DNA of 59,495 bases, filler included, from Intoshia linei (Eukaryota; Animalia; Orthonectida): assembly GCA_001642005.1 (NCBI GenBank). It is 5 parts of 5 records of this genome, joined end to end, with 100 filler letters (N's around TTAATTAATTAA, not from the genome) between each part and the next. Parts side by side here need not be neighbours in the genome. Positions count along the whole stretch, not along the records: positions 42,168 to 44,906 come from LWCA01002224.1; positions 45,007 to 57,321 come from LWCA01001087.1; 3 more parts are not named here. The stretch is one strand, 5' to 3'. The notes under the pieces were generated by a model. The model saw only the letters and a list, made by a program, of their open reading frames with translations, was not told the origin of the DNA and searched no databases. The position numbers and the translations under genes are program-made. Within the stretch, counting starts at the first letter, position 1. Each line of letters begins with the position of its first letter. This document shows, one piece after another, positions 42,168-55,140 of the stretch.

Positions 42168-44029
42168 AAAAAATATTCATAACTTTGATTTGAGATTTTT
42201 ATTAAATTTTGTTTTTCAGATGTTTACCTGAAAATATCACCCTAAACCGTGTTAGACTCTAATAGAAACAAATATACTATTATAATATATTGCAATAGTT
42301 TAAATATTCAATGAAAAATTAGATAACTTACTAAAACCCCTGATTTTGGGACAACCCCTGTTTTGGGGTACTTTTGAAAAAATGGTGCCCCAATCCGATG
42401 TCCGACTGTACTATAATTTTAAGCCCTAAGGATATTTTTTCTAAATACCCATGAGACACCTTAATTTACATTGTACATTATCAACATGGTTAGGAAAACG
42501 AACCAACCGTAACGGACGATTAGTCAAAGTATAATCATATTCAGTAGCTTGAGTGATCCTGAGATTCTGAATTTCATGTACAACCTATCCACTACTGTAA
42601 TAGTGTGACTTACTGTTATCACAATAAATATATAGCAGTCGATCATTAGTTTGATGTGAATCTTCGATTCCTAACTTAGTTAAGAACTCATCCTCCAATG
42701 GTAATCACCCCATTGACAGTTGGTACTGTTTGTATTTCTCCAATTTAGATTTTATTCTGCCAAACGTTTATTTGATAAATATTGGTCCATTACGATGTCT
42801 GTTAATATTTATTAATATTTTATATGTAAAATTATAATTAGGAATAAAAAATTGAGTCTTCGTTGGACTACCGTAGCGACAGATCAAGTGGAGCACTTTA
42901 CTATAGCAGCAATAACGACCATGCATCAGTTAAGAAAAATTTTTCATTTTGTTCCTAACACTTGGAGTTTGGAGAGCCGAGCCTACCGTACCACTAGACC
43001 CCCCCCCCCTTTTCGGGTCTCCATTAAATGTTTTCCAAATTACATAATGTAAATATTTTTATATATATTATAAAATCTCTTAATTTAGTCTAAATCAGTG
43101 TTTCTTAAACTTAGGCTATTATTCATCCTTAATTTTTGGTGGAATTTATAAATTTCAAATTACATTTATCACTTGGTGGCTTTGAACACAAATTGGTTTG
43201 ATTACGCTGACATGAATACTGTCGAAAAAAAATAAAATTTACACAGCACTATGCCTGTTATATACTTCACATGCAGTAGTTGGAAAATATAGTAATGCTT
43301 ACAAATTGCAAATGTTAACACACGCATTATATTAATTAATGTAAATGATGAAAATTTAACATGTTTACTAAATTCGCAACCCCTAGTTAAACAAACCGGA
43401 TCTACATCCTTTATATATATATAAAATTGAATTTCTGTGTTAACATTTATTCTAATTTATTTAATTTTTTTTCTGGTGATAAAATTAAGATAAATTTCAA
43501 TCTTAGAAACTTTCATCTTACCCTTCAAAAACACTAATTATTTTTTTTTGGAAAATCAAACGAGTTTTACACTTCGTCCACTAATTTTAAAGACAACATG
43601 ATATTGTGACATAGCTTCCTTATCCGTCAATATATTTTTTTGAAAATTGACATGCCATATAAGCATGTCAATATGTTGTCATCGTAAAAAAATATTTGTG
43701 AAAAAACTAAAATTAAAAAAGTTATTAATAAAATAGTTAAAATCACATTAAATAACGTGTCCACAATTATAACACCCCTAATCATAATTAAACTATAATT
43801 ACATAGTATGTATACTAGACATATGACTAATTCAAAAAATAAGTTAATTGTATATGCCTGTATGTTGGAACAAAGAGAAAATATATATGGAATGGTGTAG
43901 TCATTTTAAAATTTGTCGAAACTCAAAAAAACATACGCAATAATTGAAAAGCTTTATTTTATGGGTATAATATATACAGTAGTAGTAGTTAACATATTTG
44001 TCTCAATAAATTTGTAATTTAGCTATATA

Positions 44030-44906
44030 TCACTCCTAGAGGCATCCGATAGTTCTGTCACCACCTTTATGTATCCCTCGGCAACAATATTTGTTCTAGG
44101 AACTTTAATTATGAAAGGTTCGAAATTCTAATGATTTAAAAAACACTATTTTGCTTTAGGATACCTTTCTAGTGCAATCTTCGTACAACGTTGAAGAATT
44201 TTGTCAAAATACTGGTTACAAAACCACAATGAAGACCACTGATGATATATACAAGAGCACAACAATCTAAAGTCATCATTTTGGTGCCATTCAAAAATAC
44301 AAAAATATGCAATTAACGCATATATTGCAAGAGAGTTCCACCTAGCTATCGAAATTTACAGCAATTTACGCCATACAATTTTTGGAAAACAATTGTATTT
44401 TTCGAAAAATTTAAAAGTCTTTGTTAATTCATATAGAATTTGAAATCCTCTCTCCTTTTTAGATTTTCTCTGTCAACTATCATTATTGCTGTAAATTTAT
44501 ATTTTTTTTCAAGATTATCATAATTAGAAGTTACATCCGCTACGAATTTGTGATTTAAATTAGAGGAACTACTTGGACATCCTGCTACATGATTTATAGA
44601 GTGTTACAAAATGTGATCCAAGATATGATGTTGACACCCAAAATATTAGGATTTATCTAGATTTTTTTTGCATTTTTACAACACCATTAAATCTTCCACT
44701 ATTCGTGTTAGTCGTATGACATATTATTTTGATGGACTTCTAGCAGTTATATGATTCTAATAAATTTATAATACCATCAGAAATTGTTGATGCTTTTGAA
44801 TTCAACAAGGAAATGACATTTAAACGAATTTCTTTATTACAATTCTTTAAAAATGAGACTTGGTATTTCACGCCGCCCAACTTTTTGCCATCAAAATGAA
44901 GAGAGT
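44030..44906 (-). mobile_element. hATm-like transposase pseudogene
   Basis: LHFDGK, TTNTNSG..NGVV, GCQHHILD, ARWNSLAIYAL, TNIVAEG.IK, interrupted by stops and frameshifts. Confidence 0.78.
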
Positions 44907-45006
44907 NNNNNNNNNNNNNNNNNNNNNNNNNNNNNNNNNNNNNNNNNNNNTTAATTAATTAANNNNNNNNNNNNNNNNNNNNNNNNNNNNNNNNNNNNNN
45001 NNNNNN
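44907..45006. other. Artificial 100-nt assembly spacer
   Basis: N-TTAATTAATTAA-N. Confidence 0.95.
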
Positions 45007-45308
45007 CATGTTGCGTCAAAGTAGCACCCATGCCAAACTCGGATGCGTCAGTTTCCAGAACCAATTCAGAATTCCAATTGGGATAATGTAAAAGGACATC
45101 GGAAGCGACAGATTTTTTTAATAATTTAAACGCCTTTCAGAATCGTTGTTCCATTCAAATGGTACGCCTTTCCACAGAAATTTTCTTAAAGGCTCAGAGA
45201 TATGGGCAAAATCGGGGATGAAACATCGATAAAAACCAACCATACCTAAAAACGTTCGAACCTCCGATAAAGACGAAGGCGTTTTTATCTTAGTAATTGC
45301 ATCGACTT
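45007..45308 (-). mobile_element. Ty3/Gypsy pol fragment (RT thumb to RNase H)
   Basis: VDAI..IKTP....EVRTFLGMVGFYRCFIPDFAHISEPL...FEW, then a frameshift, LHYPNW..LVLETDASEFGMGATL; locally higher GC. Confidence 0.9.
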
Positions 45309-45394
45309 ACAAGACAAAACAACAGTAAAGAATAATAAAAATATAAATTAGTTTGCATTCAGTTCTTTGAAGTAGATAGAGTAGGTATCGCAGT

Positions 45395-46104
45395 AGGTTC
45401 CAAAATAGGCCAGTTTCATCCACATTAAAGATTTGTGATGGCATGTAATGATATGTTTCAATGATTTCTGCTAATTATTTCGGGAATAACTTTGCTGTTT
45501 CATGACCGGCACTCGCTTTTTTTCCTTGAATTTTTATATTATGCCAGCCAGCTCGGGTTATATATTGATAAAACCAACCGTTACTCGCAACAAATTTCGA
45601 AAGTTGTTTCTTCACATTCATAATATTTTCGTGCAAATAACATTTTGTATCATGGGTATGTTTAGCCGTTGTGTTTGATCGGCTATCCATGCTGACAGAA
45701 AATTTTCCAAGTGAGGAATTAGACTCGGTACATTATTATTTTTTACTCTCTTGGATTGTAAGGGACAAGCCTTTGTAACTTTATTTAAAAATTTTTTATT
45801 TGTTACAATTGTACAAATGGTTGATTTTCCCATAGAATATTTCAATGAAAACGCTGTAATTGTTTTCCCAGCTTTATGTTCATTTATTATATCATATTTT
45901 CTTTGTAATGATATCGATTTTCTTTTCTTTGTAACTGTATCATTTTCCGTTCATTTTGGCATATTTGAAGGGTTACATATAGCAACAAATTTTGTTAAGT
46001 CAAAATAAAATAGCAGAGATAAAATTAATTTTTGCCCATTTTTCTATTTTTGTATTTTTTTATTTGTTTGTTAACGCGGGAGTTCGTTAAGCGAGGTATT
46101 ACTG
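45395..46104 (-). mobile_element. Tigger/pogo 5' half, decayed
   Basis: TIR plus TA at 46104; HTH (KYSMGKSTICTI), LENFLSAWI, FVASNGWF, QIFNVDETGLFW; truncated after the first catalytic D. Confidence 0.88.
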
Positions 46105-46417
46105 TAGTCTAATTACAACTGCATTTTTTGAAATCAATCAGTGTATTATAATTACGCTTATTTCATTTCATACATATATTTGTAAAATGAATCAATATAT
46201 TTATCGAAACAGTTCTATCGATAAAATTACCGAAACGCTTATCGATTGCCAACACTAGTCGCATTACATTATTTGCAGTTCTCAAAGTTCAGAAAGTATA
46301 ATATTTGATTAAACAAAATATAATATGATATTTATCAGTATCTTGTATGTGTATGTATGTGCTACATAGTTGGCGTTTTTATAATAGTTTTTAAAATGGA
46401 TTTGAAAACCCATTAAT

Positions 46418-46852
46418 TAGAGTGTCCAGATTTTATAAGTACTTTTTGAAATGTCTTAGAAACAAAAAGAACAATAAAATTTGAATTGAAAGTTCTTCCA
46501 GTTTGAAATTTAAAATATGAAATGTAAATGTTAATTTTATTGGTATTTATCATTGCAAATTATTTTTTTAACGTAATTCACTATCTTTTTTCAAATTTTT
46601 GTAAAAATCAATAAAATCTCTTTACAATTATAATTTTTTTTGGCATAATTAAAAAATAATTAATTTTTATTAATTAATAAATTTAAGTTATCCAAATTAA
46701 ACGGTATAAAGTGTGTTTTTATAAAATATGAATTTATTAAAACTTCACTTTATTAAGAATGTGAAAAATTACAAAATATTGACTAAAATTATTTATGGTA
46801 TTTATGAGTACTTATTTTTAAATGTCAAAAATAAGTACTTATGGACACACTA
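46418..46852. mobile_element. hATm-like MITE
   Basis: tagagtgtcca...tggacacacta with subterminal ataagtactt. Confidence 0.6.
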
Positions 46853-47169
46853 CCTTAATTTGGGTATTTTTTCAACTTAAAAAAAATCTGGACGTGAATG
46901 AAAAATAATATTGTTATCACGTTTACCAGCTCAATGAGACGAACAAAATGACGTCAATCATATCATCGTGCTTGCATTTTTTTGTGTTGGGCTTTATTAA
47001 TTAATGAAGCAATCATTATTTTGATAACCGAAACTTGAACGTCGATAAAAACCACGAAAATCGAGCTAGAATCAAATTTTAAAAATTGAAATGTATAGTT
47101 AAGCGTGGATGTTGATATCATAAAATATAAACCATGAAACTTACCACAATGTTTTTTTTCAAAAAGATA

Positions 47170-47298
47170 TTTAAAATGATGAGCGTAACTCGGATCGGCA
47201 TCTTTGCAACACCCCATTCTAGATTATTTTATATATCATGATAATACACCATTTCTGCACTAATCGCCAATGATTCTTTGATGGGTGTGACACCCTAA
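47170..47298 (+). repeat. Transposon end duplicated at 53700-53906
   Basis: atttaaaatgatgagcg..atcggcatctttgcaacaccccattctagattatttt...gtgacaccctaatg at both loci. Confidence 0.8.
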
Positions 47299-48700
47299 TG
47301 TCCATGGATTGTTATTGTAAAAAGTATTTAAAAATGTTTTCAAAACTATATTTATTGTCATATCTATGGATTATACTCTGTAGACGAGTTTAAAAATCCA
47401 CTATAACATTTGTATTTACATCGAAATCTGTATAGGAAATAATTTTATGTTACCTAGAAACGAAATTTTCCGTAATTATAAAATTTAAATTTATTTTTAA
47501 ACTTTATTAAGTTTACATATTTATGACAAAACATTTTAAAATAAAGTTAAAATTTATACCGAAATATAAATAAATGTTCATAAGGGGTTGCGAATACAGA
47601 TAATTTGAAAACCACTTTTATAAAGTATGCTTGAAAAGATAACTTGTATTTGATATGAATTTAATTTGTTTCATTCTTGTAAATAAAATTTTTAACTAAT
47701 TAGAAATAGAATACTGTATTTAAATTAAAGTCTAAATCTATATCTAAGTTAGTGGCTCCCAAACTTTTTCCACCATGGACCACTTGTCACAAGAAAAATG
47801 TGTGTGGACCACATAATTTTTTAAAAAATATTTTTAAACCTGAACATGTCATTAAGGTAACATTTTTATTTTTTTATTATATATTCTTTTATTAAATTGT
47901 ATATTAATATTGACAAGGTAGCTTCAATGGCGTAATTATAAAAATTCTTGAATATCAACTTATTTGAGTGTTAAATTTAAAATGTCAACTTAAGAGTCTT
48001 AGAAAGGTGTCTAGGGTTATATGGTATTATAATTCGTTTATATATTAGAAGTCATATTTTCTTTGTTTATATAGTTCATATTAGATACGGTTTTTAGATT
48101 CTACTACCAGATACGCGTTACTGGTACTGGAAAGTAGGAAAAGTACCGTCTCCAATAGATAATTCAATATTTTAAAATGCTTCATACACATAGTTTTGTT
48201 ACGATTTAACATGATTTGGCATGAATTAGATGATTTAAAATAACTGCGATAAAATATAAACAATTTAAAATACAAACCTTTAAATTTTAGTCAGTAACTA
48301 ATAGATAAATAAGAATTGAAATTATTCCTAATATTAAATAAATTTTTATCTATTAAAGTGAAATAACATCAAATTAATACACTAATATATAAAAAAATTT
48401 ACATGTCCGCTTCGAATTTTCAATATCTTTACATAACTCGAAGTTGGAAAGAACTCACCATTCGGGTTCGTGCATTTTAACAAACTCGCATGGAAAGTGA
48501 AAATTCTACACTAGACATGTAGATAACTATTACAAATTTTTTAATGGTCTATTTTTCAAGTGGCGACGGGTTTGTTAGGTTCCATTCCGGAAACTACAAT
48601 CGAACTAAGTTAAACTGTTACATAGTTTAAATTTAACGCATGTGAAAATTATTCACGTTATTCACAGTTAATCAGTAAATTTTCAATTTATTTTGGTTAA

Positions 48701-49350
48701 CCCTTTAGTGTTCGCGCTAATAAAAATAACGTAAACACTCGCAGACGTCCATTTTTGGACGTTTTTAATCAATGAAAAAATTGTAAAGATTTAAATTTTT
48801 ATTATTTATTGGGCTATAAAAAAATATACAGAACAATCAATTAAAATAACATGCATTATAACAATTTGGGCATAGTGTATTCACGTGATCTTTACAAATA
48901 CTCGCATTGCAGGAATTGCATACAATTTGTGATCTTTTCAGAGTGTGAGAAATACAAAAATAACATCTACGTTTACTTTTTTTTGCAATATAAAAAGATT
49001 GTAATTTCACTAATTTTTGTTCTTTGCATAACAATATTCCTAATTTTCGCAAATATAAACGTCGAGGAATCAATGTATTTCCAGATGAATATAGAATAAA
49101 ACTATTAATTGTAACAATATTGAGTAGTCCCATGAATAAACAGTAAGGCCATCGTCTAGTCTTCCTTTTTATGCTGTATTCGTTACATAAAAATTAATCA
49201 GATTTGGTTTTTTCTTTTTATTGTTGTTATCCACAATAACAGCATTATGTTTTGTCGAAATTAGAGTTACTACTTTTCTCGCTTTTGAGCAATATGAGGC
49301 CAATGATATTATTCCACAATATGCTGAAATAGAATAATTTTCTCGATTTT
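48701..49350 (-). mobile_element. piggyBac 3' remnant
   Basis: TTAA-CCC terminus at 48697-48703; KTRRWPYCLFMGLLNIVTINSFILY; Cys-rich domain RRCYFC..CNSCNASICKDH..LCPNC. Confidence 0.9.
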
Positions 49351-49767
49351 TAGTAGAAACAAAAATGGGTTTTAAAGATAGATTTTAACAGATAATTTAT
49401 TATTGACATTTTATATGANTCTCGATTTTTAGTAGAAACAAAAATGGGTTTTAAAGATAGATTTTAACAGATAATTTATTATTGACATTTTATATGAATA
49501 TCGAATATGAACTATGATGTGATATCGAACTTAAATTATAAAAATTATGTTATTTATTAAATATAATTTTTTTAAATTTTAAATTGTCTAGGGTGTTCGG
49601 CGAACACCTTGCACACTATGACGCTACGCCACTGACCAGTAGTGATACCTTCAGGCAACATGTAACAATAAATACAATTTTTCATAATTAGTTTATTTAT
49701 ATATTATATATAAAACATGAAAACATTGTAGAAAACATTTATTATTTAACATATAATATATATGTAG

Positions 49768-49998
49768 GGATTTATAAAATTCAAAACATTACTGACGGAT
49801 GCTCAACTGATGGAAGAACAAAAAGAACTAGTCATTCGATTATTCGAAAATTTAATGAAAAATGTAACGAACTGTACCAATAAAGACAATCTAATTGTAT
49901 TTTCTCAAAATTATATGAAATTTATAAAAGAGATAAAATCAGATTTTGTTAGACCTGGTTCATTTGATAATTTAATTTATATTGATTTTGTAAGTTAA
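49768..49998 (+). CDS. Terminal exon of an exportin-7/RanBP17-like gene; upstream exons not found
   Basis: Acceptor atgtag, then GFIKFKTLLTDAQ..EQKELVIRLFENLMKNV....KDN...FSQNYMKFIKEI resembles the XPO7 C-terminus (FENLMEGIE....KNRDRFTQNLSAFRREV). Confidence 0.6.
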   Translation, partial: GFIKFKTLLTDAQLMEEQKELVIRLFENLMKNVTNCTNKDNLIVFSQNYMKFIKEIKSDFVRPGSFDNLIYIDFVS

Positions 49999-50889
49999 TT
50001 TTTAATAAAGTTTATGTTATGTAAACTTTTATGATAGTTTCTAGTACAGGAAAATTTTCATGTTTTATAATTGGTAGTTACATTATATTGATCGTCCGTA
50101 CTGTCTTAACTTGAATCAGATTACAAATTGAAATTCATTTATAAATCAATCTTATAAAGTTATCACTTGTTTTATGCTAAAATTATCAATGAATCATAAT
50201 ATTTATATTTATATTTAAATTATTTATATCATGAATATATAAATGAATCATATCTAGTTCCAACAATTGAAAATTTGTATTTTAATTATAATTGATGGAA
50301 AATTATATTTTATTGGATATTTTTTCAATGTAGAAATTTTTTTATTCACAGTAGAGTTTAAGTTATGCACTGTTAACGTTAAAATTATGCTTAGGGTAAA
50401 ATGCACAAAATGTGATATAAATTATGATATCTAAACTTAGAAATGACGAAAATTTTGATAAATTAACCATAAATTTTTAACAATAATTTATAACAAAAAA
50501 AGTATAAAATTCTGATTTAAATATTTATAAAAAGTACTAGCTGACTTTTTTTTTATCTTAACTTTAAGAGGGTTTTTATGAAATTTTTTTATAACAGATT
50601 CTGGAATTAAATATGAAACCAATTTTTACATAAAAATATATTCAATTTCATATGATTGAACCAGAGGTTTAGCAGAAGATTTATGAAGAATTCTAGCTAT
50701 TTTCCCTTTTTGGTCATATCGTGCTTTCTTATTGCCAAAATTATCAATCGATGCATTTGCCACTTTCTATAAGCCCAGTAAATCTATACTTTATTTATTA
50801 TTTACTATATTTATTTATACACTATATTTATACTTTATTATATTAATAAACGTTTAACGAAAAACAACATATAAGTCATTATGAATAAT

Positions 50890-51030
50890 TTAGATTCAAA
50901 GAAATCCCCAATGTTATATCATTCTCTAAGGAATGCTCTTTTTACATCCGTCAGCGTAGAAAGAAGTTTTAGTCTGTTAAAAAAATGGTAACTAAACAGA
51001 GACTAGCACCTGAAAATAATTTTGTATCAC
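50890..51030 (+). mobile_element. hAT dimerisation-domain remnant
   Basis: TSVSVERSFSLLKK. Confidence 0.65.
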
Positions 51031-53039
51031 AACAATGAATACTCTATTAATTATCCATTTGCATAGTTTAATTTTATTCATTTAAAATTTAAATTAATAT
51101 TTGGTATATTGAATATATCTCAATATGTGGTACTGAAGTATGAAGGAGTTTCTTGAAGGTACTGGATATAGAAAATTATTTTTTTTGGAGAAACAAAAAT
51201 TTTATTAAATATTTTGAATTTTCAAATAATACGAAATAAAAATACTTGTAAAAAATGAAAACTAATCAATTGAAGCTAACAAGATTCAAATTAGAGTTGT
51301 ATACAAAAAACATTTTTAAAGTTACTAATAATAGCTAAAAGTTACTAAAAATCAGTCGTTAGATTATTTTTTTTATAGGTTATTTAAAAAATTGCTTTAA
51401 TTATAAGTTATGAGTTAATTTAAAAAGTTGTTGAAGTTCTGATATGCTATACAATATTTATATAACCATCTTTTTTATTTGTTAAGTTTGAGCTGTGGTA
51501 GTATACATATTTAAAACATAAATACGCATGCGCATTCATAAAATTTAGTCTAAAAAGCCTAGCTGGTCTCATACTATACAAGGCCCTGCTCACTGTAAAT
51601 ATATATTAAATGTTTGTTAACTTGACATTGTAGTTAGATATATCAATTTTTTACGTTGTTCTGGCATTATTTAGATTATAAATAGGATTTAGTCTTGAAA
51701 TTGTTGCTGTCTATTATCTAATAATATAAAAATGAAAAATAATGTAAATTGTGTATTACAATTCTGCATGGATGGTGTTGAGGTGATATGTACGGACGAA
51801 ACGAAAAATTTTTGTCCGAAACACGATCCGATAAATAAAAAATGTATGACACTATATTTATATAACTAGGATTACTGTTATGTACTACGTACAAACAGCA
51901 CCTAGCTCTGCCGAAGGCACATTTTTATTCTACCAAAAAAATAAATTCACGTTGAAAATCTAACTTAAAATCCTACTATTAACTATTATCAATCCTTTAA
52001 AGAAGTGGTTCCCAAATTTGTTTCAGGTGAGACCATCATGTCACATTACTTTTTAATTTAAAGTGAATTATTCCATCTTAATTTTTTGTTTGTTAACATT
52101 TGCGTAATGAATTTTAAAAAAAATTGTTATCTTATTTGTTTAATTTATTAGACCAGTGGTTTTCAACCGGGGGGTCGCAAAATTGATGAGAGGGTCATGA
52201 GAATTTGAAAATTTTATGAATATATTTATTTATTTTTTTTATTTTAATATAATAATGACAGTAATAATTAGTGGTTGCTCTCGAGAAATTTAAATATTCT
52301 TAAATTTAAAATTATATTTGAAAATTTTTTAAAATGTAGTTTTGTTATATGAATGCAAAAATAAGATCTTTAAAGAATAATCATGTTTAATTGTCGCTAA
52401 TCAATTTAAGCGTTTAGATGCAAAATAATTTCAGTTATTACAATAAAAAAACAATATTAAATTTTACCGTAATTCAATTCAGCTGTATGATTTAATGTAT
52501 TAATTTGGTATTAGATTGTTTCTCTTTAAGATAACCGCTATGTTCTACGAAAATTTATAGAACTATTTTAAGTTCGAAAACGATACAAAAAATCAATAAT
52601 TATTAAGTTTGTTCAAATTAAGCTGTATTCACAATGAACCGGTTTGACTGTAGTACCATTGTTAATGAAAATATTTGTCATAAATAAATTCTTTTGTTGT
52701 GCAGCTGTCAAATTTTTATTGCATTATATAATATTTATAGCCCGAAATTAGTCTTAGAACAAAAGAAGGTAGTTAAAATCACCATCGCTGGTAGTTCTCG
52801 TTATATTTTTTGCTCGGTAGTTATAGGGTTAACTTTCATTTTTAAAATAATATTTAGTGTGATAATGTAGATGATTTATTAATTAGTAAGGTTTTATATA
52901 TATTACATTAATACAAATTTTATAATATGACGCAATAATATTCATTATAAATTATATAAATTAATTTTATGTTTGATATAAAAATTTTTATAAGGTATAA
53001 ATATGTAATTATGAAATAAAGTTGCATTCTCATTTTTTA

Positions 53040-53401
53040 AGGAAAAATTTCATTGTTTCTCCGCCGGGTCTCAAACAATTTGAATAATTTTATCAGATAA
53101 GTGCTTATTTTGCCTTTTCAGTAATTATCAAATCATTAGTCGATAGAAATCGACATCTCCTCTCTATGAACCAATAGAATAAGGCTTCCTCCATCTTTGG
53201 AAAACTACAGCTTTTCAAGTTTTTACACGTTTTGGTTCGGCTATATGAGTATTTTAAAAAGTCGTTCAATTTAACTTGATTTTTCTTAATATAATATATT
53301 GTTCCTCTTGATGCACCATATTGCAGTGATATTTGAGATGGTTTCATTCCATTGTCGATTTGATTTAAGATTTCTATTTTTTGTGATACGTTTAAATGCA
53401 T
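53040..53401 (-). mobile_element. pogo/Jerky-like transposase N-terminal remnant
   Basis: LNVSQKIEIL..ID.G....IS.QYG.SRGTIYYIKKN...FPKMEEALFYWF (CENP-B HTHs), then a stop. Confidence 0.85.
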
Positions 53402-53949
53402 GTTAAGATATTAGTTAAAAGTAGGTAAAAAATTAATCTTAATATTTCAGTTTTAACTTGATTCTGTAGTCTAAATAAATAACTTCAATTAATTCATTAA
53501 TTAAGAAAATAATGAATGCGTATAAGTGATTTTGTTAAACTAAGTTTTAGTTACTCAAGTTTTCTCTAGACAATTAATCCAGTTTCAGTTTATAATTTTA
53601 TAATGGTAATATGCTATATTTTTCTGTACTATTCATTTTCTAAATTGAATATTTTCCTGTAATATGCTATTTTTTTAATGGTGAATAATATTGTCGCGTA
53701 TTTAAAATGATGAGCGCAACTCAAATCGGCATCTTTGCAACACCCCATTCTAGATTATTTTATCATGATTATCATCATTATATATCATGATAATACACCA
53801 TTTCCGTAGTTCGATAAGTATAGCTAATTGCATCATAAATTTATACAATAATTCTAATAACCAAGGATATAATAATAACCAATTTAAAAACGATGTGACA
53901 CCCTAATGCACATATTACAACCATACACTGATTTATACATTAATACTTT

Positions 53950-55077
53950 ATACATAAGTCCTATTTAACGGAATTTCAAAATTTTGACAAACCAAAAATT
54001 GCGTTAACTAAAATTTTACTCTTAAAATATGTTCTATTATTTTATAATAAATTCAATTATACCATTACGTAATTTAAAATATAAATTAATTTCAACTTCA
54101 TCTATATTAATATTTTTAATCATAAATCACACGTGAAAATGACGAAAAATTTAAAAAGAAAAAAATTATCTTTAGATCTAAAAATGAAAATTGTAGATGA
54201 TTTTAAAAATCACAAACAAACTTTTATGATAAATATAATCCATCATCGTCTACAGTCTGACCATTTATTAATAGAAATATCATCAAAATTAAGAAAAAAC
54301 AGCATTCCGATAAGTAGAATAATTATAAAAGAAGCATTAATATTGAAGAATCATGAATCATTTAAAGCGAGCGATCCTATAAACGGTTCAAATGATCTAT
54401 CTGACAATATTAATTGTGAAGGAACAATTAGTTTAATTAAAATCTTACAATTATGACGTTTTAGAATTATCTAAATTAAAAATTGGAGAGCAGAATAATT
54501 ATAATTGTAAAGAATTAGAAGAGTTAACAGTAGAAGAAATCAAAGAAGAGCCCAAGATAGATAATATAGTATGTGAAGATATAACATATTCAGAGTTATC
54601 AAGTTATGACCTCAAGGATCTCTCCATCGGCTCTAATTGATATTTATACCGTTGAAACAAAATGTCTCAAAATCTCAAATAATAAAAAGCAAGCCAAAAT
54701 ATTCCAATATTTTCAAAAATCAGATAAATTTATAAATAAAAAATATTAAATGTGAATAATTTTTTAAATTTCAGTAACTAAAATTAACATTTTATAAATT
54801 TTATTTTATTGAGCGATATTAAAAAAATATAAAAATAGCTTCTCTCTATCCACTTACTTGAATAACTATTATAATTCATTATAAACATTCACATGTATTT
54901 ATTTAGTATTCACAATCTCCAATAAAGAAATATATATCTCTTCATAGCTATATTTAATAATTTTAATTTTTAAAATAATTCCGTTAAATATGACGTTTCT
55001 ATATAAAAACATCGCTAAACGTCCTGTTTAGCGGTATTCCTAAATTTTTGAGTTCCAATATAAATTTTTAGACTGTA
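53950..55077 (+). mobile_element. Internally deleted pogo-like element
   Basis: KRKKLSLDLKMKIVDD HTH start; inverted tatttaacggaat / attccgttaaata; ends gactg-TA. Confidence 0.55.
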
Positions 55078-55140
55078 TAATTAAAATTTAAAAAAATTCA
55101 CATTCAGCTGTCATGATATGAAAAACATTTATTAACATGG

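Noticed and set aside
48081-48660. Possible Helitron helicase motif (LSIGDGTFP)
   Set aside because: Too short, with no other Pif1 or Rep motifs and no clear termini
49342-49497. Perfect ~77-bp tandem duplication
   Set aside because: The copies are separated by a single N, typical of an unmerged contig overlap
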